Position numbers and translations under genes: made by a program. From assembly GCA_964519955.1 (NCBI GenBank), contig CAZFLM010000021.1:16276-80275 (forward strand): a DNA stretch of 64,000 bases, given 5' to 3'. Positions 34,176 through 44,266 of the stretch are shown in pieces. The notes below the pieces were generated by a model. It made no database searches. It saw nothing but the letters and a program-made list of their open reading frames with translations, and had not been told where the DNA came from. Each line of letters opens with the position of its first letter. Positions within the stretch are counted from its first letter, which is position 1. This DNA comes from an uncultured Chthonomonadaceae bacterium. Lineage in GTDB: Bacteria; Armatimonadota; Chthonomonadetes; Chthonomonadales; CAJBBX01.

Positions 34176-35624
34176 CTACTGGCGCGGGCCCAGGCTGAGC
34201 GGATAGAGCACGAGGCTCACGATGCGCCCCTCGCCCGGTCCGACCAGCGCGCCGGCCCGGCAGGGCCCGGTGAGCCGCATGGCTCGCCCGGCGATGGCGA
34301 AGCGATCGTTGAGGAACGCCTCGACGATCTCCCCGTCGACGATCACCCGAAGCCTGAGCGGCGCCGGCGCCCTGATCTCAATGGGCGCGGCCGCCAGGCT
34401 TCGATCGGGTTGGTCCTCCCGAAAGAGCCGCATCTGCTGGCGCGCGACGTCGACGACGAGGTCGTAGCGTGTGCCAGCCCGTTCGAGGATCACACGCGCG
34501 CCTGTGCTGCCCTTCGCCAGGCTGAAGGCCGCCGCCGCCTCGAACGTGCGACGCGAGCCCGGTAGCCACACGATCGTGCCATCACCCCATGCGCGAGCGA
34601 CCCCGGGGGCAGGACGCACAGGCCGGCCCCGCAGCTTGAGGAACTCATCGGGTAACCTCAGCGCGAGTTCGCCGCCCGGGAGTGACCGGATCTCGCGCGG
34701 GAATGCGAGGTGTCCTCCCCACTCGAATGGGGTGCCGTCTTCCTGTCCGCGGTAGGTCGGTATCCAGCCCACCAGAAGCCGCCGCTTGCCATCGGAGCCC
34801 GAGTTCGGCGCCATCAGCTCCGAGCCGTCGAGCGTGTCGTGCGCGGGCAGACGCCAGGGGCCTGTCGGCCGATCCGCGATCCGGTATCGCCCCTGACCGA
34901 CGCGGCCGACCCCCCAACTGCCCACCAGGTACCAGCGTGGGCCCATCCTGAACAGCTCGGGGCACTCCGGGATCCCGATGTCGCCGGGGTCGTACAGCAC
35001 GCGCAGCGGCGTCCAGCTCAGCAGGTCCTTCGAGGTGGCGTACAGGAACAGCCCCGCGCGCGAGGCGGGACTCTGCCCGCGTCTGAGGCCCGCAGCCACC
35101 ATGAAGTAGGTCCCGCTGCCGTCATCGCGACAGACATACGGGTCACGGACCTCCATACTGGCATCTGCCGGGTACGGAACGACCGGGTTCGCGGGGTGCG
35201 GCCGCCAGCTAGACCCATCGTCCGAGATGGCAAGGTCGAAACCTCGGGCGCCGTTGCTGATGCTGTAGATGCGCTGCCCGACGCGGTAGTTGGCGATCGC
35301 CCACCATGGGCGGTCAGGATGAGCGATCCGTGGAACCGACTCAGACCACCGCAGCAGGTCAGCGCTTGTGACGTCGAGCGACCGAAGACCAGCGAGCCCA
35401 TCGCGGGCGGGTTCCGATGGAATGGCCAGACCGTACAGGTGCCATACTCCCCCCCAACACAGCGGGTGCACATCGCCGATCCAGCCGTCGGGCGGCCTGT
35501 AGTGCAGCGTCGGCGCAGGGGACTCCGGGCTATGCCGGTGGCCTAGCCCGGTTGCGGGGAGGAGCGCCGCCACCATCAGTGTGGCCGCGACCGATCGGGC
35601 GAGGGCGCTACTGAGCGCCATCAT
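34176..35624 (-). CDS. Secreted GH32 family glycosidase (fructosidase/levanase-like)
   Basis: WIGDVHP (nucleophile), VRDPYV, PECPELF, GGHLAFPRE; C-terminal IVEAFLND. Confidence 0.85.
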   Translation of the reverse strand: MMALSSALARSVAATLMVAALLPATGLGHRHSPESPAPTLHYRPPDGWIGDVHPLCWGGVWHLYGLAIPSEPARDGLAGLRSLDVTSADLLRWSESVPRIAHPDRPWWAIANYRVGQRIYSISNGARGFDLAISDDGSSWRPHPANPVVPYPADASMEVRDPYVCRDDGSGTYFMVAAGLRRGQSPASRAGLFLYATSKDLLSWTPLRVLYDPGDIGIPECPELFRMGPRWYLVGSWGVGRVGQGRYRIADRPTGPWRLPAHDTLDGSELMAPNSGSDGKRRLLVGWIPTYRGQEDGTPFEWGGHLAFPREIRSLPGGELALRLPDEFLKLRGRPVRPAPGVARAWGDGTIVWLPGSRRTFEAAAAFSLAKGSTGARVILERAGTRYDLVVDVARQQMRLFREDQPDRSLAAAPIEIRAPAPLRLRVIVDGEIVEAFLNDRFAIAGRAMRLTGPCRAGALVGPGEGRIVSLVLYPLSLGPRQ

Positions 35625-35760
35625 CGGCGCGCTACCTCCCAGCCACCAGGATGCAGTCGCTCCGCGTGTGGCACGCTGTGTCGAGCATGAGTGAAAGGGT
35701 GATCGCATCCGGAGCAGCGGCGAAGGCGGCAGCGCGGCAGGTGGCGACGCGGCGCCGCCC

Positions 35761-36339
35761 TCAAGCCAGCCACCGCACCACCTTGGCCGCCGCCCCGCCG
35801 CATGCCCCGGTCGCCGCGACCAGGAACAGGATGCCGGTCGTCAGGTCGGGCTCTCCTGCGCCGGTCGCGCCCATGCCGGCAGCGGGGTAGCCCAGATGGA
35901 CTGCCAGTGCGAGCAGCCCGCCGAAGGCCCCCGACGCCAGTCCGGCGGCGATGCACGGCTCGAACTCGAAGTCCGGCAGCGAGAAGCCGAAGAGGAAGCC
36001 ACCCTCACCGCCCTTCGGGTAGCCGGATGCGGCGCCGACGCACGCCATCAGGAGGACGACAGCGCTCTCGTTGCCGCGGGCGCGGGCGGCAAGGTGGGCT
36101 GCTGCCACCCAGCCATGCAGCAGGCCGTACACCGCGACGAACGCTGCGCCGGCGACAACGCCGACGAGCATCGCCGGAACCAGCCACCTGAGCGGGCCGA
36201 GGTCGCGTGGCCGCTCGACACGCGCCGGTACGGCTCCGGCCACAACGCGCCGGCACCGCGGGCACCGCTCCTCCTCGTCGAGCAACTGGATGTCGCAGGC
36301 GGGGCATCTGCGGTGCTTCGCCTGGATGACTTGCGGCAT
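35761..36339 (-). CDS. Zinc-ribbon membrane protein
   Basis: GGAGG RBS; CPAC..CPRC followed by four hydrophobic segments. Confidence 0.7.
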   Translation of the reverse strand: MPQVIQAKHRRCPACDIQLLDEEERCPRCRRVVAGAVPARVERPRDLGPLRWLVPAMLVGVVAGAAFVAVYGLLHGWVAAAHLAARARGNESAVVLLMACVGAASGYPKGGEGGFLFGFSLPDFEFEPCIAAGLASGAFGGLLALAVHLGYPAAGMGATGAGEPDLTTGILFLVAATGACGGAAAKVVRWLA

Positions 36340-36381
36340 CTTGGCCTCCGAGCCGTGATCACATACTGCGGCGCTGCCCTG

Positions 36382-37128
36382 TCACCGCGCGATCAGCGCG
36401 AACACGCCCCAGCCCAGGTACTCACGCGTGTAGGCGGCGTACCGCACGGGCTCCGACGATAGCTGGGCTCGGACCTCCGTCCCGAACCCGTCGTCCGGGT
36501 TGTCCTCGAGCCATCGGCGCATCGTGAGCCACTTGGCCGCCTCGTACCTGTCCCAACTGTCCTGATCTGCCAGGACCATCTCCACGACGTCGTAGCCGAG
36601 CCGGCCGAATGACGCCAGAAGCTCCGGCAGCAGGACGAAGTCGGCGATGGAGCCGGCATGGCACTCTCTGGCGGCATCCTCTGTCGGCGGTATCTGCCGC
36701 CAGTAGGGCTCGCCGACGAGGATGATCCCTCCGGGGCGGAGGCTCTGGGCCAGAAGCTCGATGGTGCCGCGGACCCCTCCGCCGATCCAGGTGGCGCCGA
36801 TGCAGGCTGCCACATCGACCTTCTGCTCGGAAACGTAGCCGGCCGCATCGCCGTGGATGAAGCCGACCCGATCGGCGACGCCGAGTTCCTCCGCGCGTGC
36901 TTTGGCCTGCTCCGTGAACAGCGCGCTCAAGTCGACGCCGGCGCCGGTGACCCCGTAATCGCGGGCCCAGGTGCACAACATCTCCCCGGAGCCGCTGCCG
37001 AGGTCGAGCACTCTGGTACCCGTTTCCAGACGCAGCGCCGCGCCGAGAGTGGCCAGCTTCTCGGGTGTGAACGGGTTGTGGATGCGGTGAGCGCTCTCGG
37101 CTACGTTGAAGATCCGTGGTATGTCCAT
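36382..37128 (-). CDS. SAM-dependent methyltransferase, YjhP-like (248 aa)
   Basis: MDIPRIFNVAESAHRIHNPFTPEKLATLG, VLDLGSGSGE, GVDLS, GEPYW, YLGWGVF; resembles E. coli YjhP as recalled. Confidence 0.88.
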   Translation of the reverse strand: MDIPRIFNVAESAHRIHNPFTPEKLATLGAALRLETGTRVLDLGSGSGEMLCTWARDYGVTGAGVDLSALFTEQAKARAEELGVADRVGFIHGDAAGYVSEQKVDVAACIGATWIGGGVRGTIELLAQSLRPGGIILVGEPYWRQIPPTEDAARECHAGSIADFVLLPELLASFGRLGYDVVEMVLADQDSWDRYEAAKWLTMRRWLEDNPDDGFGTEVRAQLSSEPVRYAAYTREYLGWGVFALIAR

Positions 37129-37403
37129 TGCAGAAGACCTCCTGAAAGTGGCGAGCAGATCCCGTGTGGCAGAACCGGCGAACCCTCGCACGGCGCGTCC
37201 TCCACTGGAGGGGTCCAAGGAGCGCTGGTCGTCCATAGCGACCGCACAAGCCGATCTTGTGGCGTCGCCTTAGCCTGTCCTATTCATGAGTCGCACCGGA
37301 CGGGCACGGAGGCCCATCCCACCACTGCACTCGTGCATGATCCAGGTTAGCGGCCCGCGGGCCTTCTACAGGCGGGATGTCACCGTGATGCGGGCGTGAG
37401 GGG

Positions 37404-38711
37404 CTACTCACCGTCACCTTTCGTCGCCGCCCCCTTACCCAGGACCTTTGAGACGATGGGAAACAGGGCTTGGGCCTGCCGCTGCATCCCGATGTCGGTG
37501 TAATGGACACCGTCCACTGTCCCTTCGCCGTCATCGCCAATGAAGTTGTTCGGCGGGACGACCACCAGCCCCTGCACGCCGTCCTTCAGCAGCTTCTGGA
37601 CGGCGAACTCCTGATCGACGGTTATGTCGGTCGGATGAGCGTTGGGGCGAAACATCGATTGGCCCATGAAGAAGATCGGCGCGGCGGGGTGCACTTTGCG
37701 AATGGCCTGCACCAGCTTCGTCACGTGATCCAGGAACATATCCTTGCCCGTTCCCATGTTCCACGTGCAGTCGATAACATATGCCGCCGCGTCGATCTCG
37801 GCGAGCACCTCGCCCACGGGCGGGGCCATGTCGCCCGAGCCGGAGAAACCCAGGTTGACAACGGGTCGATCGAGCATGCGGCCCAGAATCGACGTCCAGA
37901 TCATCCCAGGCCGCGATGCGCATCCGCCTTGAGTGATCGACGTTCCATAGATGACGACAGGCTTGCGCAAACCTTCGGGACGCGCTGCTGCCTTCTCGAC
38001 CTGACTGCCGGCAGGGACGCCGATCTCCAGTGACTTCGTGCCGTTGTAGGCGGGCAGGTACAGCAGGCATTCGCGTTTGGCCTTGGCGCCGTCGGGGAAC
38101 TCAATCGTGGATTGGTTGGCGTCTTGTTTGTATGGCCTGCAGTTGCCGACGAATCGCCAGCCGCCATTTGCGGCGCGGGCGTAGAGGTCCAAGCCGCTGC
38201 ATCCCGTAGCCGGCATGTGCGGCATGGCGAGAGATGCGTTTGTGAGCGACCATCGCACGCTCACGGCCGCAGCGTCCGTGGTGAACCGAATGCCAATGCC
38301 GGCGCTTTCCTTGCTCTGGTTCCACGCCGTGGAGTTGACCTTCGCGTTGGCGGAAGCCGGAAGCCGGTCGAAGGGATCTGCGGTCTGGGCCCACCCCTTG
38401 CCCTCGATGTCGAACGACGCGGCGTCGCGCCACTGCACCTCCGGTGCCGCAGCGTTGCCCGAATAGGCTGCGAGCACGGCAGACAGGGAAAGCACAAGCC
38501 CGCGGGACAGACCGGCAGGGGTTTGGTTGGTGGGCGCGCCGCCGCCGGTCAGGGTGGCTATCTGCTCGGCCTTCTCGCCGACCGAGTGCAGCGCCTCCGG
38601 GCGATCCGTGACAACAGCCAGCTTGCATGCGCTGGCCGGCTGCCCCTGCTCCGCCATAGCGGGTTGCGCGAACAGAAGCAGGGCGATGAGCATCGCGAGT
38701 TGCAGTCTCAT
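37404..38711 (-). CDS. SGNH/GDSL hydrolase (SsfX3-like N-domain plus GDSL-3), possibly chimeric N-terminus
   Basis: YGTSITQG, NLGFSGSG, DGVHYTD; N-domain FDRLP...SAGI..RF.TD, LYLP.YN. Confidence 0.85.
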   Translation of the reverse strand: MRLQLAMLIALLLFAQPAMAEQGQPASACKLAVVTDRPEALHSVGEKAEQIATLTGGGAPTNQTPAGLSRGLVLSLSAVLAAYSGNAAAPEVQWRDAASFDIEGKGWAQTADPFDRLPASANAKVNSTAWNQSKESAGIGIRFTTDAAAVSVRWSLTNASLAMPHMPATGCSGLDLYARAANGGWRFVGNCRPYKQDANQSTIEFPDGAKAKRECLLYLPAYNGTKSLEIGVPAGSQVEKAAARPEGLRKPVVIYGTSITQGGCASRPGMIWTSILGRMLDRPVVNLGFSGSGDMAPPVGEVLAEIDAAAYVIDCTWNMGTGKDMFLDHVTKLVQAIRKVHPAAPIFFMGQSMFRPNAHPTDITVDQEFAVQKLLKDGVQGLVVVPPNNFIGDDGEGTVDGVHYTDIGMQRQAQALFPIVSKVLGKGAATKGDGE

Positions 38712-39199
38712 CCAAGTGCTCCCATGCTAAAGATATCATCCCCATCGTGTGCCCCTGCGGGCATTGTCATGCCGCACGGCCATCTCCGCCAGCGCGCGGC
38801 ATGCACCCGACGCCATGTTCCACGCGACGAACCGGATACCTACGGTCTCCACCACCGCCCGTCGCCCGCTGTTACCGTTGACTGCTTGGCAGGGCCAGGA
38901 AAACGGCTGTTATCCACTACAGACGCATTGGAGTAACACTCCGGAGCGACGTGTTCCAGCGACGTGTGGGCCCATACGCCCGGTTGAGTCCTGCTGCAAC
39001 TGACGCAGGCCAACGGCAAGGTTCCGCACCGATACCGATTTCGCCTCGGGTGCACGACGGGTCGGTCCCAGGATTCGGGTTGTCGTCCCAACGAACAAGT
39101 GGAGCGGAACCCACTTGCGCCCATGTCTGCCCAGCGAAGGTCACAACCAGGATTGCCAGCAATCCCGGTGTGTTCACTGTTCCTGCCCTCGGCGGAGAG

Positions 39200-41128
39200 T
39201 CACGGTTCGATGTACATCGTGTAGAGATCGGCGCTGCGCATCGCGACCCGGAGGCGGAAGTTGCCCTCGGGCATCGCGAACACCGGGGCCTTGATGCTGT
39301 CGCCGCGGACATCGGCGGTTCTGAGCGCGCGGCCCTTCGCGTCCAGCAGCTCGATGCGGAGCAGGCCGTCTTTGGCGACACAGGCGTTGACGGAGAGCGC
39401 GCCGCCTCCCTTGATGGGGCGAGTGACGAAGACTCCCTTGCGGCTGCCGGCACGGACGCCGAACCAGCCGTCGGCACGGTAGGACATCACCCCCACGGCG
39501 ACGTGGCCCTTCCGGGCGTGCTCGGCCAAGCCTTCCCAGCCGCCCATCGACTTGAAGTACGGAAGGCCCTCGGCGAAGCGGCGCTTGGCGAAGATGGACC
39601 TGAAGTCGTCGGCCGTGATCTCGCTCTGCGCGTTGTGGCGGAACAGGGGCTCGGCGTAGTAGTGCGGCAGCGAGGTGCCCGTGACGAGCTGGTAGTAGCG
39701 GTTGCCGACCTGGACAATTCCCTGTTCGGGGGACAACTCGCCGAAGTACCAGTCGAAGGGATTAGCCGTCTTGGCAAACGGATGGGGGTCGGTGAAGTCG
39801 TAGAAATTGATGCCATCGCGGCTGTATTTGAGGTCGAGAAAGACCTGCTGGTTTTCGCTGTCGTAGGCGTTGATGAAAGCGAGATGGAGCCCGGCGTCAG
39901 GCATGAACCGGATGTCGGCGCCGTACTGCTGCGAGAACGGGTTGTCGAGAGGACCGCACGAAGAGATGGAATGGCAGTAATGCCAGTCGACGCCGTCAAC
40001 GGTGCTGTATATGGTGAGTATGCGGCTGCTGTTGGGCAGCAGATCGTAGGGCACGTTGTAGGGAGCGAAACGGCGGACGGTCTGGCCGCGGGCCAGGAAG
40101 AGCGTTTTGCCATCCTCGGAGAGCCACGAGTTGCCGAAATTGTCGTTGGTGGAGAAACCGTCGTCGAAGTCGTCACTGGTGTAGAGGGGGACGTCGCGGA
40201 AGAGAGGCTTGTCGCGGAGGAAGACGATCTCGCCCGACGATGTGCGGGCAACGACCCAGTAGGTACGGTAGCCGGCCTTTACGCAGCCGAAGTCGTAGGG
40301 GTCCACATTCTGGATGATACCGATGTCGCGCAAGGTGTAGGTGCCGTTACGGGCGCGGTCGTACATCTCGTACTTACGCCTCCCAGGCGCCGAACCGAGG
40401 ATATTGAAACTCTTGAAGAAATCCTTCTGAGGTTCGGTCTCGGGCGCCGTGGCGACGGGCACATAGGGGCCCTCGGGGGTCGGGCTCTGCACCGTGAAGC
40501 GACCGGGGTCGTTGGAATACAGATAACCGCGGCGGTAGGTGTTTTCGAGTCCCTGAATCACATAGGTGCCGTCGACGGCGCGGCGAAGGGAGGAGCCGTC
40601 GATGCGCACCACGCCGGGACGGGACGAGTGGTAGGTCTCGGTGAGCTTGGGCTTGGAATAGCGGATCTCAAGGTTGCGGAACGACTCGAAGAGCCAGTCG
40701 TCGGGCGTGAAGAAGATCTTGCGGAAGCGGATGGGGCCGTCGGGCCGCGGCATCGCGGGGATGCGCTCGATGCGGAGCATCCGTTTCATCGAGGTCTTCC
40801 CAACCGTGACGGTGGCCATGTATCGTCCCGCGGGAAGGGAGCCGATGTTCGTCAGGACACACGCGTTGCTGCCGGGAGTGAGCCGGAAGCGCCCGTTCCA
40901 CACCTGCTTCCCCTCGGGAGAGACGACGGAGACCGAAGCGGCGCGTACGTCGGCCATCGCCTGCGGCACGACCACCGTCAGCTCGGCCTGCTTGGGGTTG
41001 CGGTAGACGGGCATTGTTAACTCAGCCTGCACTTCGGCGGCGGCAGGGGTATGGCCACCGGTCTGTCCGAGGGAAGCACAAGCAGCCGCCACGAGGCCGA
41101 GGCAGAGGAACTGAACCAGCTTCTTCAT
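39200..41128 (-). CDS. Secreted hypothetical protein with a propeller/beta-sandwich C-terminus related to 22990-24480
   Basis: Signal peptide; YSTVDGVDW, YSRDGINF, YRADGWFGV..VTRP..LSVNA..LRIELLD; visibly more AT-rich codons than its neighbours. Confidence 0.75.
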   Translation of the reverse strand: MKKLVQFLCLGLVAAACASLGQTGGHTPAAAEVQAELTMPVYRNPKQAELTVVVPQAMADVRAASVSVVSPEGKQVWNGRFRLTPGSNACVLTNIGSLPAGRYMATVTVGKTSMKRMLRIERIPAMPRPDGPIRFRKIFFTPDDWLFESFRNLEIRYSKPKLTETYHSSRPGVVRIDGSSLRRAVDGTYVIQGLENTYRRGYLYSNDPGRFTVQSPTPEGPYVPVATAPETEPQKDFFKSFNILGSAPGRRKYEMYDRARNGTYTLRDIGIIQNVDPYDFGCVKAGYRTYWVVARTSSGEIVFLRDKPLFRDVPLYTSDDFDDGFSTNDNFGNSWLSEDGKTLFLARGQTVRRFAPYNVPYDLLPNSSRILTIYSTVDGVDWHYCHSISSCGPLDNPFSQQYGADIRFMPDAGLHLAFINAYDSENQQVFLDLKYSRDGINFYDFTDPHPFAKTANPFDWYFGELSPEQGIVQVGNRYYQLVTGTSLPHYYAEPLFRHNAQSEITADDFRSIFAKRRFAEGLPYFKSMGGWEGLAEHARKGHVAVGVMSYRADGWFGVRAGSRKGVFVTRPIKGGGALSVNACVAKDGLLRIELLDAKGRALRTADVRGDSIKAPVFAMPEGNFRLRVAMRSADLYTMYIEP

Positions 41129-41280
41129 AGGACTACGCTTCTTTCATGACGGAGACGCGAGGGACTGAGACCGGAGGTGAGCCGAAGTCTGAGGCAGTTC
41201 CTACTCGTCGCCACCCAAGATCGTACCTCGGGTCCACTTCCGGTGGTCACGCGGCCTCGGCTGTCGCGTCTACGTCAGGC

Positions 41281-41426
41281 CAGCCACCTGAGCGGGCCGA
41301 GGTCGCGCGGCCGCTCGACACGCGCCGGCACCGCGGGCAGCGCTCCTCCTCGTCGAGCAACTGGATGTCGCAGGCGGAGCACCTGCGGTGCTTTGCCTGG
41401 ATGACTTGCGGCATCTTGGACTCCGA
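41281..41426 (-). pseudogene. Truncated, frameshifted duplicate of the 5' end of the zinc-ribbon membrane gene
   Basis: Near-identical to 36181-36351 apart from a 25-bp deletion between acgcgccgg direct repeats; ATG at 41414; similarity stops at 41281. Confidence 0.85.
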
Positions 41427-41449
41427 ACGGTGAGGGCACACTCGCGGCG

Positions 41450-44239
41450 CTACCGCGAGACGCGGATCGGCCCCCACCGCGTCGCGGCTGTGCTGCCCTC
41501 CGGCTCGATGTCGGTGAACACGAGGCGCGTCGAGGGTACCTGGTCCATGGGCACCGCGCCCGTGTCCCACCACGGCATGTCCCACGGGCCGTCCGCGTCG
41601 CGCCGCATCACCACGCGCCAGGTCGTCCGAGTGATCTCCGCGCGCACGTGGTAGGTGTCGCCGGGCTTGATCTCGGGGCTCACGGCGCGCTGCTTCCAGC
41701 CCTTCGCGCCGTCGGTCCACGTGCCCGCCAGGTCGGCGGAGGACTGCGTGTGCACCGCGAAGTGGTCGTGCGAGGCCGCCAGCGCGAACTTAAACGAGAT
41801 GTCGGTCGGCTTATCCGCCGCGGCGACGAGCTGGCTGTCGACGCCGAGCTTCACGGGCGTGAGTTCGAACTCCAGGACGAGCGGCTTCGCGGCGTCGAGC
41901 CGGAACGCCTCGCGGCTGAGGACGCCGCAGAGCTTGCCCCATCCGCCGGGCGCCTGCGTCTCCAGGTGGCCGTCCGCGACGCGCGGGTGCCCCAGCACCT
42001 CCCAGCGCGCGGTGTCGAGCGAGGCGAAGGGCTCGTCCAGTACGACGCGGCCGGCTGTCGCGCCGGGGCTCGCCGGGCCGTGCTCGGCCAGGCGCTGGAA
42101 GTGGTCGGCGATGGCGGTCACGTCCTGCAGCACGGAGCGGAAGCCGGTCGGGTCGCCCTGCGAGTAGAGCGGCGACACCTGGCGCAGGATGTCGGCGACC
42201 TCCTTCTCGTGCCGGCGCCAGTGGTCCGCCTGCGCCTTCACGAGCCGGCGCGAGTTCGCCAGGGCCATGCCCGGCGCCTTCGCCAGCAGCGACTGCCCGT
42301 CGATCATCAGCATCTGCCGCTCGGCGTGGTGGCCGATCTTCCGCGCGGCCAGCTCCAGGTCAGCGAGTTCCGCCCTCCGGCCCACGGCGCTCCGCATCGC
42401 GTTTAGTTCGGCCTCGATGGCTGTGGCTTCCTCGTCGATCTCCTCCGCCTTCGACCGAATTGCGGCTAGCTCCTTGCCCGGCCTCCCCTCGCGGTCCATC
42501 AGCTCGCGGCAGCGCTGCCAGGCGCCGAGCACCGTGTTGCCGATGTAGCCGGCCTCCTGCGTGTCGACGACGCCGACCACGTCGTGCAGCGTCTGGTTCG
42601 CCAGCTCCAGCGCGGACTTGCACCGGTCGAGGCGCTCGTAGGCGGTGGCCAGGCGCTCGGTCGCCTCGTCGGTGCGCGCGTCGTAGTAGTGGCGCACGAA
42701 TGCGCGGGTGAACGCGGGCTGGTACTCGTCGAGAGTCTCATCCGGCAGGCGCCACGTGCACAGCGCGTTCTGCGCGAAGCCGTACCACAGGGAGTCGAAC
42801 GCCCGCACGCGGTGCTTGGAGAAGGAGGCTGTCGCGATGCCCAGGAACTCGCGCGATGGGTGCTTCTTCTGGGCGGCCGCCGCGTCGCGCGCCATCCCGT
42901 CGATGTTGAGGATGCCCGTCTGCTCCATGGAGGGCCACGACTTCTTCGGGTCCTCCGGCGAGAGGTCGGCGAGGTAGAAGCAGTGGTTGTAGATGGCCGA
43001 GATGCCGAAGATGTCGTAGCCCCGGTCCATCAGCCCACCGATGCCGGCGTAGTCGGGCCAGTACTTCCAGAAGCCCATCACCGTGTTCTTGGCGATGCGC
43101 TCCAGACCGACCCAGTCCCGCCCCGGTCCGTACATGTAGAACTCGTCGCCCCAGATCATCGGCCGCACGGGGCGGTGCATCTCCTGCGCCAGCTCCTCGA
43201 CCGCCCGGATGCACTTCTCCGCGTGTCCGAGCAGGAGGTCGCGCACCGTCTCGCCCTTCTCGACGCGCGCCTTGCACGCCGGGCAGTAGCGCCCCTGCCA
43301 CTGCATGTCGATCTCGCTGCAGCCGACGCCGATGACCGGTGCGTCGGGGAACCAGGTCAGCAGATCGCGATAGAGCGCCTTGATGAAGGGGTAGACGTCC
43401 GGGTTCGAGGGGCAGATGAGCCCGGGCGCGCTGGCCTCGCGGTACTTCGCGCCGGCCTCGTTCGCCCAGACCAGCTCGTACGCCTGCGCCAGCGTCTGCA
43501 GCGAGGGCACCATCGTCACATGCCAGCGCTTGGCCTCGGCGAAGACGGCCTGGCAGTCCTCGCGCGAGAGCGTGCCGGCGTCCGCACAGCCCGCGAACGA
43601 GGCGTAGGGGAACAGGTTGTAGCACTCGACGACGAGCGTGTTCATCTTGAACTGCGCCAGCCGCCGGATCTGCTCGCAGAGATAGTCGCGCGAGACGATA
43701 CGCCCGTATCGCTCCTGGCCGCCCTCGATGTAGATGCCGCGCATCCGCATGTCCGGCGAGTCGCGCACGACCACGCACGGCAGCGCGCCGCCCTCCGCCG
43801 ACATCCGCGCGATCTGCCGCAGCGTCTCCGCAGCGTAGAGCAGGCCCCGCGCCGTTCGCGCCAGCGCCGCCGCGCCCTCCGGCCCGATCGCCAGGACGTA
43901 GCCCTCCTCTGCGATGCCCGCGTCCGGCAGCCCCGGCAGATCGGCGCCCTTGCCGATGGTGAACGCAATGCCTGGCGCCGCCGACGCGCGGGCCTTGGCG
44001 CCCATCGCCGTCAGCGCGCCGCGCAGCACCTCGCGGCAGGCGTCGTGCTCCGCCCCCGCGGGTGTCGCGAACGTGACCGCGCGGCCGGACAGCGGCAGTG
44101 AGCCCGCCTCGACCCGCAGCTCGCGCGGCCTCGGGATGAGGCCTCTTGTCAACGTATCGGCATCCATCGTCTGCGCTCCCGCACCAACGGTCATAGCCCA
44201 GGCCAGCGCCGCCGCCCAGACCACACTCATCCGCGGCAT
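41450..44239 (-). CDS. Secreted GH20-like protein (domain 2, TIM barrel, C-terminal lectin-like domain), 929 aa
   Basis: GAGGGA RBS; LIPRP, EGYVL, GLLYAAETLRQ, DSPDMRMRG, KMNTL, MIWGDE; catalytic motif reads GCSE. Confidence 0.8.
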   Translation of the reverse strand: MPRMSVVWAAALAWAMTVGAGAQTMDADTLTRGLIPRPRELRVEAGSLPLSGRAVTFATPAGAEHDACREVLRGALTAMGAKARASAAPGIAFTIGKGADLPGLPDAGIAEEGYVLAIGPEGAAALARTARGLLYAAETLRQIARMSAEGGALPCVVVRDSPDMRMRGIYIEGGQERYGRIVSRDYLCEQIRRLAQFKMNTLVVECYNLFPYASFAGCADAGTLSREDCQAVFAEAKRWHVTMVPSLQTLAQAYELVWANEAGAKYREASAPGLICPSNPDVYPFIKALYRDLLTWFPDAPVIGVGCSEIDMQWQGRYCPACKARVEKGETVRDLLLGHAEKCIRAVEELAQEMHRPVRPMIWGDEFYMYGPGRDWVGLERIAKNTVMGFWKYWPDYAGIGGLMDRGYDIFGISAIYNHCFYLADLSPEDPKKSWPSMEQTGILNIDGMARDAAAAQKKHPSREFLGIATASFSKHRVRAFDSLWYGFAQNALCTWRLPDETLDEYQPAFTRAFVRHYYDARTDEATERLATAYERLDRCKSALELANQTLHDVVGVVDTQEAGYIGNTVLGAWQRCRELMDREGRPGKELAAIRSKAEEIDEEATAIEAELNAMRSAVGRRAELADLELAARKIGHHAERQMLMIDGQSLLAKAPGMALANSRRLVKAQADHWRRHEKEVADILRQVSPLYSQGDPTGFRSVLQDVTAIADHFQRLAEHGPASPGATAGRVVLDEPFASLDTARWEVLGHPRVADGHLETQAPGGWGKLCGVLSREAFRLDAAKPLVLEFELTPVKLGVDSQLVAAADKPTDISFKFALAASHDHFAVHTQSSADLAGTWTDGAKGWKQRAVSPEIKPGDTYHVRAEITRTTWRVVMRRDADGPWDMPWWDTGAVPMDQVPSTRLVFTDIEPEGSTAATRWGPIRVSR

Positions 44240-44266
44240 CCGCGTCCCTCCACATTGCCCGGCACC

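Noticed and set aside
38712-39199. Transposase or gene remnant in the long intergenic gap
   Set aside because: Short ORFs show no recognisable motif and no terminal repeats were found.
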